64,000 nt of DNA from Candidatus Latescibacterota bacterium (GTDB taxonomy: Bacteria; Latescibacterota; UBA2968; GCA-2709665), in contig CBDCOX010000002.1 in the NCBI GenBank assembly GCA_965219995.1, forward strand, positions 768,001 through 832,000, given 5' to 3'. Positions 20,413-30,714 of this stretch are shown here, one piece after another. The notes beneath the pieces were generated by a model, which saw only the letters and a program-made list of their open reading frames with translations, had not been told where the DNA came from and did not search any database. How positions within the stretch are numbered: position 1 is the stretch's first letter; every line of letters begins with the position of its first letter. A program made the position numbers and the translations under genes.

Positions 20413-23400
20413 TCAATTGAAACGAATCTCTCCCCAGACCCTGAATTCCCAGACCCGGTTGTTCAGGTCGCGGAGCTTGTCCTTCCGGTTCTCGTGGCGG
20501 AAGCGGGTGCCGCCGGTAAATTTGCTGCTGAACTGATATTGACCCGCCAGGCTGGCGTGCCAGCGGTCATCGCTCTGGCGCACAACGGCCTGTTCGGTCT
20601 CAGTAGCTTCCGCGTTCCGGGGGATTTCCCTCTTGAGGCTGGAGCTGGTGCCGTACTCGATCGTCAGGTCCAGGTTGCTTTGCAGTTTAGTGAAGAACTT
20701 GGAACTCAGCGAATATCTGAGGGATGCCGTGAACTGGGAGGTTTCGGTGATGGTCGTACCAATAAGGCGCTCCTCCAGCGTCGGCTGTGCCACGGTGGTG
20801 TCGGCAGCCACGTTGCGCTGGTACCGGAGGTCGTTCTGCCGGCTCCGGTTCGTACTGAAATTCGTGTGCATCTTGTTCTTCCACCGGGCCTGCCATCTGA
20901 TGAGAGGCCGGAAGTCCGTTCTCCGGGTATCGCTGGTCAGAACGTTGTCGTCGAGACCGCCGTCCCCGCGAAAGATGCGGTTTGACTTGTAATTGAAGTT
21001 CAGGTTCGAACTGGCGAATAACCACCTCAGGACCGGAAGTTCGCCGAGACCCCGCCACTGCGCGGAGAAACTGGGGAATTCGAGCTTCTGTTCTTCCGTA
21101 TTGGCATTGCCAAAGCTCCTGACATGATTAAACGTCAGATGAGTATCGCCGCGAAAGCCGGCAGGCAGGCGAACACCGCCCTTGAGCGTCGCATTGTCGG
21201 TGATGTTTCTGGTATTTACGCGTGAAACGCCCCCGGATCCGTAACGGGGCGATGACGTGGTGTCGGCCAGGCCGAGTTGAAATCTGAATTCAGGGCGACG
21301 CCTGAGACCATAGAGATTAAAGTTGCGATTTCGAGTGACATTGGCCTGCACGGCTTCCAGCGCTCCGCCGAGCCTTCCGATGAGCCGGATGACCGAAAAC
21401 CCTGTCTGGCCTTTTGAGGGACGCGCCAGCGGGCGAAAAAGCCCGGGCAGGTTCAGGCTGACCCTGCCGCCGACCCGGCCGTTGGTGTTCACGCTGAGGC
21501 CCCTTCGTTCATTTCCGATGGAAGTCCGCTGGCCTCCGGTTTCAAGCCGCTCGCGAAAGCGGGAGGAATAGACGGTGTTGACGTTGAGCCACCTGGAAAC
21601 CCGGGGTGTGAAATTGAAGCCCACCTCCTGATTTCGCGTGGTCTCGCGGCCAAACTGCAGCCTGGGTACATCGAAAGCGTTCCGGAGGTCCCGGTTCACG
21701 GCAAGGGAGTAGTTGGCGGTCAGGCTTCTGAAGGGCGTCAGTTTTATCACGAAACTCTCGTTGAGATTGAAGGTCTGGTTCAACACGGCAATGACGTCGG
21801 AGGTGTCGCCCTCAACGGCGGAAAAGGAGCGTCTGTTGATGTTCTTCCGATCAAAACGCATGTTGTATCGGAGCGTTGAGGGAAGGTAGAAGAACTGGAC
21901 TTCCTCAAACCTGGAGCCCAGAAGCGGGACCCAGTTCAGGATTCTCACCCCCTTCTGATTGGGCCAGTTGACGTCATAGCTGAAGCTGCCGTTGAAGTTC
22001 TGTTCGTTGTTGGACCGGCGACGTGTGATTGCCCCGCTGACCGCGTTGTTGGTCAGAAAGTTCAGAGACGCATTGATCCGGTCGAACAAGAGCCGGGCGA
22101 TCCAGCGAGGGTCTCTGGTAGCCCGACGTTTTCGCATGGAGACGTTGAATCGGGACGACGCGCGGACCGCGCTCTCTCTGGACTTCTGCTGGTCGGTCAG
22201 TACGATGTCGGAACCCTGTCGAATCCGTGGAACGGATCCGTTCCGGAGGTAATTGAAGCGTACAGGAATGGCGGTGTTCCACCGATCGGGAAGGAACTTG
22301 TTCAGATTGAATGAACCGTTCATGCTGACCTGTGTTGTCGTATTGCCTGTGGAGCGCCCCTGAAGATCCTGAAAGTCCCCGCTTCTGCGTTCCAGGTTGA
22401 GGCTTACGTTGCCCAGATCGGCCAACGTGGTTTGAACGTTCAACAGCATGGAGACGGCATTCTTCTTACGGATCCGATCGACGCGCAGTTCGTCCAGCCA
22501 GATCTCGTTTTCACCCTCCAGCGGAAAGACCCCGTTATTGGTAACGCCAATCACGAACGACTTGATTTTCGAAAGCGCCGGGTTTCCCCGTACGGTATAC
22601 GTGCCGCCGTGCAGGTCCGCGCGTATCTGATTGGCTTCACTGTCATAGTCCGCAAGGACTTCTACCGTTGGCAGGGAGAGACGCAGGGTGTCGGACGCCT
22701 GTCCGGTGGCCTCCAGGTCCGTGAGTTTACCCTTGATTTGAGAAAGTACATCGAGCTCGATTTTGAATGTATTGTCTTCCGGCGACCAGCCGCGATACAC
22801 TGGTTTTCTGAACTCGTAGAAATTGAGCGTATCCTCACCGATGGGTGAAAACCTCACGAAGAGCTCGATCGGACTGAAGCTGCCGGTTGTCGAATCGGGT
22901 CCGACCGGGAAATTGTCTTCATAGGTGGTGGACGTGGGATTGCCTCCGTGCACGAACATGGTCATCAGACCATATCGCGTGTAGTTCTGACCCTCCGTAA
23001 AGGTTCGTGATGCCGACACGCTTTCGCCCGGATAGAGGTCTTCAAAACGGAGAACCAGGGACCGTTCCAGGAGTTGCCTCCCGGTTTGCGGGTCGGTTTC
23101 ACGTTCAAGGCCGGGCGGCAGTTCATAGACCTGGTTGTCGGTACCGATGGTGGCCACTCTGAAGTCGCCCGATTGTTGGTGTTCGGGAGATTCATCCTCG
23201 AGCCAATCGCTGCCCACCGCTGCAATTGTGTAAATGTCCAGCGAGGTCGTATCGTCGTGCTCGATCCAGATTCGCGCAAAATCGAATACGCCGGCAAACG
23301 TGGTGTCCGGGTTGCCTTCGACGCTGCGCGGCGCATTGCTGCCCCGCAACGGGATGCGCAACAGCCTCCAGGGACGGTCTGAAGGATCCGACTTGCTGCC

Positions 23401-26400
23401 TACGACGAGTACCGAAGGCCCGTCGTAAACGCCCGTTGCCGGATTCCAGCCCCGATCGGATGCCAGGTTGACGCTATAATGCAGGTAGTTGTTGCGGGTG
23501 TCCAGGATGCCGTTCTGGTTCAGGTCTTCGGAATCCGGCCTCTGTTCCCGTTCCCGATTGTTATTCTGAGTGCCGTTTACGCCGGAAGGATACCGGAAAC
23601 GAAGGTCCCCCTGGTCGAAGTCCACGTCCTTGAAGTTGTCATCCGACGGGTCGTCCGGCACGGTGACGCCAGGGAAGATCAGCCTGAAGACCGAATCTTC
23701 CTGAGCGTCGGTCAGGCCGTCCAGGCCGATATCCTCTTCGGGAATCGCCACGTCATCGCCGGTAGGAAAGCCCGGGAGAGGTTGGTCTTCGGTACGAAAT
23801 TGACCGGGAGGCGGCGGATTGAACGTCGCATGATCGAGCAGCAGATCGGACCGTTCGGAGATTTCACCGAGGTCGATGTGCAGCCGGCCCGAATTACCCC
23901 TTATCCAGAGTTCGATAAACTTGGATCGCGAGAAGTCCATTCCAAACAGGTACGATGAAATGCCCGCCCAGGAGTTTTGAGGGAGGCCGCCGGCCGAATT
24001 CCGTGAGGTCTCAGGAAAGCCGTTGGTACGATGTGGCTCGAACCGGATGCTGAGAACATCGTCCACAATACTGCTCTCCACCGGAATATCGTCTCGCCCC
24101 GGCTGAATTTCGTAGATCGAATACCGGTCGCGGTCCACGAGATTGTACCAGGTGAGGCGTCCCTTCGGCTCGGAAAGCGGGAGTCCGTTCCGCGTTGGGC
24201 TGCTGCCCGCGGACCAGACGTATTTGAAGGTGGAAAACGCCTTTCTGCTCTCGGCGCCTTCAAAATCGTCGATGTACGCCACGTTCTTGACGTTCGGGTT
24301 GGGCAAACTCTGTGCGACTTCCATGTCCACGTTGAATGCCGAGGGCGCCTGGGTGGAAATGAATGGCAGCCTGTTCACGAAGTCCGTGAGGATCTGCGGC
24401 TTGAAACGAAACCTGCCGTTCAAGTCCCAGATCAATGTGCGGGCCGGCTCCTCGCCAACGCGAACCCGCTGAGTCCTGGCGCTTTCGCTACCGTAAAGCA
24501 GGCTCATTCCCACCATGGAGACGTTGTCCCTGAACGGGTGTTCCGCCCGGATGCCGACGAGGCTCTTCTGCCCTCCACCCAATCCAAATTGGCTCTTGGA
24601 CCCGTAATTGATCACCAGGTTGGCGGAGGGATCGGCCGCGAGGTCCGCTGCTTCGCCAACCAACTCGACCTCTCCGCGTTCGTATTCGATGAGGTAGTCC
24701 CGCCCGCGTGTCAGCCGACGATTGTTCAGCAGGACCTCCTCGCTGTCTTCGATCAGGCCAAAGCCCAGGTAGAACGTCGTGGACCTGCTCTTCGAACGGA
24801 TGCGCAGGAAGTACTGACCCTTTTGCGCTCGTGTGGTGTTATTGGTGGTGTTGTAGATTTCGGGCACCCGGGCGTCGTCCGACAGCGCCTCCGCGCCGGC
24901 TCCGCGTTCACCAAATGGCTCCAGGTCCGGAAAAACAAGGTGGCCGGTCAGCAGATTGAGTCCGGGCAGGTTCGTGCCGCCGTCGATGTCGATGAGATTG
25001 TCCGGCGGGGAGGACTCCGAGGCGCCGTTGGTGTGCCTGTCCAGGCCGAAGATCTGGAGGTAAGGCGTACCGCGCTGGTTGTCAACCGCCTCCTGACCGG
25101 CCACGTCTCTGAGGATCTCCAGCTCAAAACCCTCCGGCTCGATGTCGCGGCTTCCCAGGAAGTACACATTTCGCCACGCGAGGTCCCAGGATGGGAATTC
25201 CGGTCGCTGCTGCCGGGCGTGAATGAGCTTCAGCCTGATCTTCGCGTCCGGATTCGACGGGTCCTGGATGAAATTCAGGTCGCCGAAGACGCGTCCGTCG
25301 GACGTCCGGTACGCGACCGCAAGCGTATGACCTCGCAGGACTCTCTGCCGGGTCATGATCAGATATCCCCTGGCGTCCACCAGAAACTCGGAGCGATCCA
25401 GTTCGTGGAAAAACCCCTCTTCGACGCCCCCGCTCTGCGCGCCATTGGCGCCTGCATCGGGCTCCGGGGCAGATCCGGTGGACCAGAACGCGTAAGCGAT
25501 CCCGCGCCCGGCGCGGTGCTCGATGTCGTTGCGGTCGTTGAAGTCGTTCAGGAAAACACGTACGGACCCGATGTCCACCAGGTCCTGACGGGCGGGTTCG
25601 TCCGGAAAGCTCCGGCGATACGCAAGATCGAGAAAGAAGTAACGGTTTTCTTCGTAATCATAGTCACGTATTCTGTGCGCGACTTCCTCCGCCTGCCCCT
25701 GGAAGGATTTCCGGTTGCTTGCGCCCCGGTCGTGGCTTGTAACCACCGTCACATCCAGTCCGCCCAGGCGTCCGCGGCCTTTAAGTCCGAACAGACCGCT
25801 TCGGTTGGACGAATTGAAGCCGACCAGCCGGGTGCCGGGCAGACTGAGCGACGTCCTGCCCGCCTCGATCTCCTGGATAATGTCGTCTTCGTCTCCGTCG
25901 TAACGGAATTGGAGCGACTCACTGATATCGGATTGACCGCGGCTGTCCTGCTGGAGGTTCAGCGTAATGCGGTCCCCGATGGTGCCCTGGACGTTCAGTT
26001 GGGATTCCTGCTCGAAGTTGACGGTGAATCCTTCGGCCGCCCTTGCACGTACGGTCTGCGCCTGTCCGCCCACCGTGGTATTCACGCCGGACAGGTCGAT
26101 GCGCCGCGATCCGGTAATCTTGATATTGGTGTCGCCTTCACCGGTAATGACACTCAGCGCCTTGGGTACCTTGACGGGAATCTTGATATCAACCAGCGCG
26201 CCGCCGACGCCCCGCCGCGCCCTCACGGGCAGGCTCAGCTTTTCAGCGGCCACGCGATCGAAATCCGCGTCGAATTTGTACGCGGTCAGGCCCTTCAAGG
26301 TGATGACGGCCGGTATCCCATGGACAACGTCGCCGCTGGCACGATAGACCATCAGCGTTCCGGTCCCGGCGCCAAGCAGGCGGGTCACCGTCTGGGTGAA

Positions 26401-26637
26401 CTGCCGCCGCTGTCGAAAGAGAGGTTGAAAGGCGGTGGTACGGGAAAAGGTCAGCTTTCCGGGGGAACGATGGAAGACGTGCGCAGGTGTCTTTCCGAGG
26501 GTGAATCGGATGCCCGGTTCGGCCTGGAGCGGGTCCGAATCGGCAAGCAGACACGTGCAAAAAGCCCAGGCGAAGACCGCACGCAACGGAAGGGACGATC
26601 CCCTTTGTGAATCTTTGAAAATGTTTGGGATCTGCAT
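20413..26637 (-). CDS. sprA: SprA-like large outer-membrane protein (T9SS translocon family)
   Basis: 2074 aa with signal peptide. SprA-type motifs YDGDEDDIIQEIEAG, GLFGLK, AYIDDFEG, LHIDLGEISE, PDSEDLNQNG.LD, EIWLDELR; beta-strand-rich C-terminal half. Confidence 0.85.
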   Translation of the reverse strand: MQIPNIFKDSQRGSSLPLRAVFAWAFCTCLLADSDPLQAEPGIRFTLGKTPAHVFHRSPGKLTFSRTTAFQPLFRQRRQFTQTVTRLLGAGTGTLMVYRASGDVVHGIPAVITLKGLTAYKFDADFDRVAAEKLSLPVRARRGVGGALVDIKIPVKVPKALSVITGEGDTNIKITGSRRIDLSGVNTTVGGQAQTVRARAAEGFTVNFEQESQLNVQGTIGDRITLNLQQDSRGQSDISESLQFRYDGDEDDIIQEIEAGRTSLSLPGTRLVGFNSSNRSGLFGLKGRGRLGGLDVTVVTSHDRGASNRKSFQGQAEEVAHRIRDYDYEENRYFFLDLAYRRSFPDEPARQDLVDIGSVRVFLNDFNDRNDIEHRAGRGIAYAFWSTGSAPEPDAGANGAQSGGVEEGFFHELDRSEFLVDARGYLIMTRQRVLRGHTLAVAYRTSDGRVFGDLNFIQDPSNPDAKIRLKLIHARQQRPEFPSWDLAWRNVYFLGSRDIEPEGFELEILRDVAGQEAVDNQRGTPYLQIFGLDRHTNGASESSPPDNLIDIDGGTNLPGLNLLTGHLVFPDLEPFGERGAGAEALSDDARVPEIYNTTNNTTRAQKGQYFLRIRSKSRSTTFYLGFGLIEDSEEVLLNNRRLTRGRDYLIEYERGEVELVGEAADLAADPSANLVINYGSKSQFGLGGGQKSLVGIRAEHPFRDNVSMVGMSLLYGSESARTQRVRVGEEPARTLIWDLNGRFRFKPQILTDFVNRLPFISTQAPSAFNVDMEVAQSLPNPNVKNVAYIDDFEGAESRKAFSTFKYVWSAGSSPTRNGLPLSEPKGRLTWYNLVDRDRYSIYEIQPGRDDIPVESSIVDDVLSIRFEPHRTNGFPETSRNSAGGLPQNSWAGISSYLFGMDFSRSKFIELWIRGNSGRLHIDLGEISERSDLLLDHATFNPPPPGQFRTEDQPLPGFPTGDDVAIPEEDIGLDGLTDAQEDSVFRLIFPGVTVPDDPSDDNFKDVDFDQGDLRFRYPSGVNGTQNNNREREQRPDSEDLNQNGILDTRNNYLHYSVNLASDRGWNPATGVYDGPSVLVVGSKSDPSDRPWRLLRIPLRGSNAPRSVEGNPDTTFAGVFDFARIWIEHDDTTSLDIYTIAAVGSDWLEDESPEHQQSGDFRVATIGTDNQVYELPPGLERETDPQTGRQLLERSLVLRFEDLYPGESVSASRTFTEGQNYTRYGLMTMFVHGGNPTSTTYEDNFPVGPDSTTGSFSPIELFVRFSPIGEDTLNFYEFRKPVYRGWSPEDNTFKIELDVLSQIKGKLTDLEATGQASDTLRLSLPTVEVLADYDSEANQIRADLHGGTYTVRGNPALSKIKSFVIGVTNNGVFPLEGENEIWLDELRVDRIRKKNAVSMLLNVQTTLADLGNVSLNLERRSGDFQDLQGRSTGNTTTQVSMNGSFNLNKFLPDRWNTAIPVRFNYLRNGSVPRIRQGSDIVLTDQQKSRESAVRASSRFNVSMRKRRATRDPRWIARLLFDRINASLNFLTNNAVSGAITRRRSNNEQNFNGSFSYDVNWPNQKGVRILNWVPLLGSRFEEVQFFYLPSTLRYNMRFDRKNINRRSFSAVEGDTSDVIAVLNQTFNLNESFVIKLTPFRSLTANYSLAVNRDLRNAFDVPRLQFGRETTRNQEVGFNFTPRVSRWLNVNTVYSSRFRERLETGGQRTSIGNERRGLSVNTNGRVGGRVSLNLPGLFRPLARPSKGQTGFSVIRLIGRLGGALEAVQANVTRNRNFNLYGLRRRPEFRFQLGLADTTSSPRYGSGGVSRVNTRNITDNATLKGGVRLPAGFRGDTHLTFNHVRSFGNANTEEQKLEFPSFSAQWRGLGELPVLRWLFASSNLNFNYKSNRIFRGDGGLDDNVLTSDTRRTDFRPLIRWQARWKNKMHTNFSTNRSRQNDLRYQRNVAADTTVAQPTLEERLIGTTITETSQFTASLRYSLSSKFFTKLQSNLDLTIEYGTSSSLKREIPRNAEATETEQAVVRQSDDRWHASLAGQYQFSSKFTGGTRFRHENRKDKLRDLNNRVWEFRVWGEIRFN

Positions 26638-26647
26638 GCGTGAATCG

Positions 26648-26709
26648 GACAGTCTTGAAAGGGGAAGGGCCGGACGCAGCCCGGATGGACTTTATCAACG
26701 GGCTGTCAG
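26648..26709. repeat. palindromic MITE-like element, copy 1 (sprA leader)
   Basis: 26680-26709 CCCGGATGGACTTTATCAACGGGCTGTCAG matches the reverse complement of 30390-30419 at 29/30 nt. Degenerate partner arm GACAGTCTTGAAAG at 26648. Confidence 0.7.
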
Positions 26710-26713
26710 GTTA

Positions 26714-26742
26714 AAAATACCGAACACCGCGTTAAAGATCAA
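26714..26742 (-). promoter_or_regulatory. putative sigma70 promoter of the sprA operon
   Basis: Minus strand TTGATC, 17 bp, TATTTT. Confidence 0.4.
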
Positions 26743-26926
26743 GGGAAAACCCTGACCGGGCACATTGCAAATAAAGATAATATAAACAAATAGTTATATA
26801 GAATTATCGACATCCGTGATGCGTGAGGGGTTGAGAAAGGGCTACCGCCGGTGGAAATTTCCGGTATATTCTTGCGCCCAGTATCTTTAACTCTTTTGAA
26901 AACACACGGTTCCCTGGAGGCGCGAC

Positions 26927-28225
26927 ATGGTGCTGTCCAGATACGTCCTTAAGGAGCATGCCGCGCCGTTTGTTTTCGCATTCTCGGTTATCATGTTTCT
27001 CCTGGTCGTCGACCTGATTCTCCAGAAGATGGATCTGATGCTGGGAAAGGGCATTGCGCCGGGTGTGGTTCTGGAGTTGTTCCTGCTGAATACCGCATGG
27101 ATGATCGCCCTGGCGGTACCAATGGCGGTCCTGGTCGCCACCCTGATGGCTTTCGGCCGACTGGGCGCCGACGGTGAAATCTCCGCAATGCAAGCGCTGG
27201 GCATCGGGGTCTTCCGGGTGATCTGGCCCGTACTGATGGCAGGGGTTGCGCTTTCGCTCGGGCTGGTTGTCTTCAATGACCGGGTACTGCCCGAATTCAA
27301 CTATCGGGCGCGGCTGCTCATGGGGGATATTCAGCGCAAGCGTCCGTCAGTCGCCCTGGAGGACCGCAGCGGCGTCTTTATCCAGGATTTCGCCAACTAC
27401 AGGATTCTGATAGGCGATATCGACAGGCGGACTTCGGTACTCAAGGATGTCCTGATCTACAAGTACGAAGCCGGGGGATATCCGGTATCCATTGCCGCCG
27501 AATCCGGCCGGATTCGAATTGACGGCGAAAGCGACGAAGCGCTGGTGACACTGGAGAACGGGGAGTGGCATCGGGTGGATGCGTCGGATCCCGATGTCTA
27601 CTTCCGGGCGGGTTTCAAGAAGAAGAATCTGCGTCTTGGAGAAGCCGGCCGGCAACTCATACGCACCATGTCGCACTATCGGACGGACAGAGAGATGGGA
27701 CTGGGGGCAATGATGGACAGGGTGCATACCTATCAGCGGGAGGCGTCCGCCCTGCAGGCCGAATCCGCGGACAGCGCGGCTTCGGTTTTGAGGCGCCTGT
27801 TCTTCGCGCCGGGAGCCGAACGTCGGGCTTTCGGTATCGTGGCTGACCTGAGCACCCGTTTCCATACCGACACCGCGATTCGACATCACAAACTCCGCCA
27901 GGCGGACCGGTACCGGGTTGAGATCCACAAAAAGCTCTCGATTCCCGTTGCATGTATTGTCTTTGTCTTGATTGGCGCCCCACTCGGCATCCGGGTACGT
28001 GGGAGCAGCCCCGCTGTCGGCGCGGGAATCAGCATTGGGTTTTTTCTTCTGTGGTGGCTCTGTCTGATCAGCGGAGAAACGCTCGCCGATCGCGGGTACG
28101 TTCCGCCGTGGGTTGCCATGTGGAGTCCCAACTTCATCGTTCTCTCGTGTGGTTCCTGGCTCGTGTGGGGCACCTTGCTCGAGTGGCGTTTCGGGGTGTG
28201 GAGAGGCAGGCCATGCGCATCCTGA
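26927..28225 (+). CDS. lptF: LPS export permease LptF-family
   Basis: LSRYVLKE, VPMAVLVATLMAFGRL..DGEI.AM...G, EIHKKLSIP...IGAPLG. Confidence 0.88.
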   Translation: MVLSRYVLKEHAAPFVFAFSVIMFLLVVDLILQKMDLMLGKGIAPGVVLELFLLNTAWMIALAVPMAVLVATLMAFGRLGADGEISAMQALGIGVFRVIWPVLMAGVALSLGLVVFNDRVLPEFNYRARLLMGDIQRKRPSVALEDRSGVFIQDFANYRILIGDIDRRTSVLKDVLIYKYEAGGYPVSIAAESGRIRIDGESDEALVTLENGEWHRVDASDPDVYFRAGFKKKNLRLGEAGRQLIRTMSHYRTDREMGLGAMMDRVHTYQREASALQAESADSAASVLRRLFFAPGAERRAFGIVADLSTRFHTDTAIRHHKLRQADRYRVEIHKKLSIPVACIVFVLIGAPLGIRVRGSSPAVGAGISIGFFLLWWLCLISGETLADRGYVPPWVAMWSPNFIVLSCGSWLVWGTLLEWRFGVWRGRPCAS

Positions 28226-29283
28226 GTCGATACGTAAACAGACAGTTCCTCGTATACCTGGCGCTCAGCTTTTCGGGATTCCTGGCTGTATTCGTCGTTG
28301 TGGACCTGGCAGGACGGCTCAGTGGCTTCATAGACAGAGGTGTGGGCGGTGGAACGATCCTATTGTACTATATACTATCCATTCCCTATATGGGAATTCT
28401 GACGTTGCCCATGGCGATGTTGCTGGCGAGTCTCTTTTGCTTTGGCAGTCTCGCTCGCTTCGGTGAGCTTGCCGCAATGAAATCCGCCGGTATATCTCTC
28501 TACCGTGTTGCCGCGCCGGTTCTGGCGGCCGCCCTTCTGGTGTGTGCCGCATCGTTTTTCCTGACCGACCGGGTGATGCCGGGAGCAAACCGCAAACGTG
28601 CATCCATCACCCAGGTCCGGCGTCAGGCCGTCTTCAATCCAGTGGTCTCGCAGGTTATCCTGCAGGACGTGGACGGACAGATCCTCTCGGTCGGCACCTA
28701 CTTCCGCAATGAAGCGCGAGGAACGGAAGTGATGCTGGACAGGTACGACGGAACACGTCTGGTCGAAAAATTGCGTGCCGGGGAGATGGCGTGGCAGAAC
28801 GAAGCGTGGACGTTTCTCAGGGGTGAAGTGAGACGGTTTCAAGTGGACGGCGCCGAACAGGTGATCCGGTTCCGGGAGATGCCTGCAAGTCGCGTCACGC
28901 TGAGACCCGAAGACCTGGCGCGGGAGGTTCGATCCGAGGATGAGCTCAGCTTTTCCGAGCTAACCGAGTATATTCTGCGCAAGCGACGCATGGGCGACGA
29001 CCCGGTACGGGTAGAGGTCGCGCGGTATATGCGCCTGTCATTTCCGTTCACAGGGTTCGTTATGGTGTTATTCGGTATCTCCCTTTCGTCCCGGACCCAG
29101 CGTGCCGGGAAACCTCTCCTGGTGGGTATCTGTCTGCTGATTTCGTTTGTTTATTATGGGTGCATTCAGGCCGGCCGTGTAATGGGCTGGAACGGCATTC
29201 TCCCACCGCTGTGGAGCTCCTGGTCCGCCAATTTCCTGTTTTTATGTCTGGGTGCCGGCTTGCTGGCCAGGACCAGACGGTAG
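28213..29283 (+). CDS. lptG: LPS export permease LptG-family
   Basis: MRILSRY start at 28213; LPMAMLLASL...ELAAMKSAGISLYR; tandem with lptF. Confidence 0.88.
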   Translation: MRILSRYVNRQFLVYLALSFSGFLAVFVVVDLAGRLSGFIDRGVGGGTILLYYILSIPYMGILTLPMAMLLASLFCFGSLARFGELAAMKSAGISLYRVAAPVLAAALLVCAASFFLTDRVMPGANRKRASITQVRRQAVFNPVVSQVILQDVDGQILSVGTYFRNEARGTEVMLDRYDGTRLVEKLRAGEMAWQNEAWTFLRGEVRRFQVDGAEQVIRFREMPASRVTLRPEDLAREVRSEDELSFSELTEYILRKRRMGDDPVRVEVARYMRLSFPFTGFVMVLFGISLSSRTQRAGKPLLVGICLLISFVYYGCIQAGRVMGWNGILPPLWSSWSANFLFLCLGAGLLARTRR

Positions 29284-29361
29284 CGGATTCGAGACGGTAC
29301 AAAGAATGAAGGCGCATCGTCGATGCGCCTTCTCTTCGTGGCTTCCTTCCCGGAAAGATCA

Positions 29362-30336
29362 TTAGAATCGGGACAGACGACTTCTACGGCCTTTCTCTTT
29401 CTGGATGTATTTGCGAGGATTTTCCACGATTTCATTCTCCCCGACCTTTCTTGTTACGCCATAGTGCAGATGAGGCGCCGTTGCACGTCCGGATCTTCCC
29501 ATTTTGCCAATCACCTGTCCGCGTGTGACGGGTTGACCCTCATCCAGCGATGGTTTTTCCAGCAGATGGGCGTACAGCGTCCTGTAAAACGGGTCGTGAT
29601 CGAGAGAAATGTACCAACCCAGATATCTGTCTTTGCCCACAGATTCCACCCGGCCATTGGCGGTAGCGAGAATGTCCGTGCCGGACCGCCCGGCGATGTC
29701 GATGCCTTTATGAAACTGCCTGGCGCCGGAAAAAGGATTCCTGCGGTAGCCAAAGCCCGACGAAATCCAGCAGCCCGACTCGGGCGGAACAGGAAGAATG
29801 GATGGAGTATGCAGCCGTGCGATTTCGTTCCGATTGAGGATGGAGGCAATATGCACGAAACTGTCTTCGAGGAAACGGGCTTCCCGCAAGAGCTGGTCGA
29901 CGTCGGTGTATGCCTCTGTAAGCCGGTTGCCGATTTCCTGAGGTACCCGGCCTTCCCACTCCGGCTCACCCGTGGAATACCCGCCCACGCCCATTTTCCG
30001 CACCTCATCACCCGGTTCCGCCAGATTGACCCAGGACCGGAACATCCGGTCCATCTCGGTGAGATCATTGACGTTTTCCCGTAGTCCTTCCACCTTCTGC
30101 TGCAACCGGCTGACCTGCTGTTTGAGGATGGAATTCTCAGACGTCAACGCCAGCAGTCTCGTCTCCTGCTGGTGGTTCACAAAATACCCAAGCGCATAGA
30201 AGACGACAGCAAGTGCGAGACACCCGAACAGCAACGCGGCCCCGATACCCCAGACCGTGGGGCGCGAGGCCCTGACTTGACGCATCTGATCTCGATTATG
30301 CGGTATGACCATCAGCGTCAGGTTTCTCTTCCACAT
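29362..30336 (-). CDS. M23-family metallopeptidase with TM segment and coiled coil
   Basis: ISSGFGYRRNPF, HKGID, YAHL, HLHY zinc motifs. Confidence 0.93.
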   Translation of the reverse strand: MWKRNLTLMVIPHNRDQMRQVRASRPTVWGIGAALLFGCLALAVVFYALGYFVNHQQETRLLALTSENSILKQQVSRLQQKVEGLRENVNDLTEMDRMFRSWVNLAEPGDEVRKMGVGGYSTGEPEWEGRVPQEIGNRLTEAYTDVDQLLREARFLEDSFVHIASILNRNEIARLHTPSILPVPPESGCWISSGFGYRRNPFSGARQFHKGIDIAGRSGTDILATANGRVESVGKDRYLGWYISLDHDPFYRTLYAHLLEKPSLDEGQPVTRGQVIGKMGRSGRATAPHLHYGVTRKVGENEIVENPRKYIQKEKGRRSRLSRF

Positions 30337-30389
30337 AGAAAGTGCCTTTCGTCGGCGGCTTTTGGGCCAAAGTTAGTTAACACTTGCAT

Positions 30390-30450
30390 CTGACAGCCCG
30401 TCGATAAAGTCCATCCGGGGTGCAAAGCGACTCTTTCAACGAACTGGCAG
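30390..30450. repeat. palindromic MITE-like element, copy 2 (M23 gene leader)
   Basis: 22-nt imperfect inverted arms CTGACAGCCCGTCGATAAAGTC / GACTCTTTCAACGAACTGGCAG; one arm shared with 26680-26709. Confidence 0.7.
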
Positions 30451-30464
30451 GACTGACAGACTGA

Positions 30465-30494
30465 AAGTTACGAACTTTTTCCGGTTTGTGTCAA
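30465..30494 (-). promoter_or_regulatory. putative promoter of the M23 gene
   Basis: Minus strand TTGACA, 18 bp, TAACTT. Confidence 0.45.
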
Positions 30495-30714
30495 GGCAAA
30501 ACTCGATTGATACGCATCATCCGGGTAACCGGAACAAGGCCGTGTACGGGTGAATCGGGCATGCCTGCGGAAGCGCCGGAGGGGGTAGCAACAATCTCGC
30601 ATTCAGTCTCGCCTCCACCTGCCGCAACCGAGAGTCTTCGTGGTCGGATGCAGTATTCTGCACCAGCATCGCAAACAACCGGCAGTTGGAATTCAGATGG
30701 TAACACGACGCCTG

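Noticed and set aside
19979-20416. 465-aa version of the PilM-like ORF
   Set aside because: The extension overlaps comEA in another frame. TTG at 19978 gives a PilM-like N-terminus and a 4-bp overlap.
24031-26610. 859-aa plus-strand ORF, and many other long antisense ORFs (e.g. 134..1024, 42264..43634, 59422..60471)
   Set aside because: Shadow frames opposite well-supported genes in high-GC DNA, with no recognisable motifs.
26761-26810. AT-rich patches (also 15060-15105)
   Set aside because: Short intergenic promoter-type or nucleoid-protein-type tracts; no specific element could be supported.
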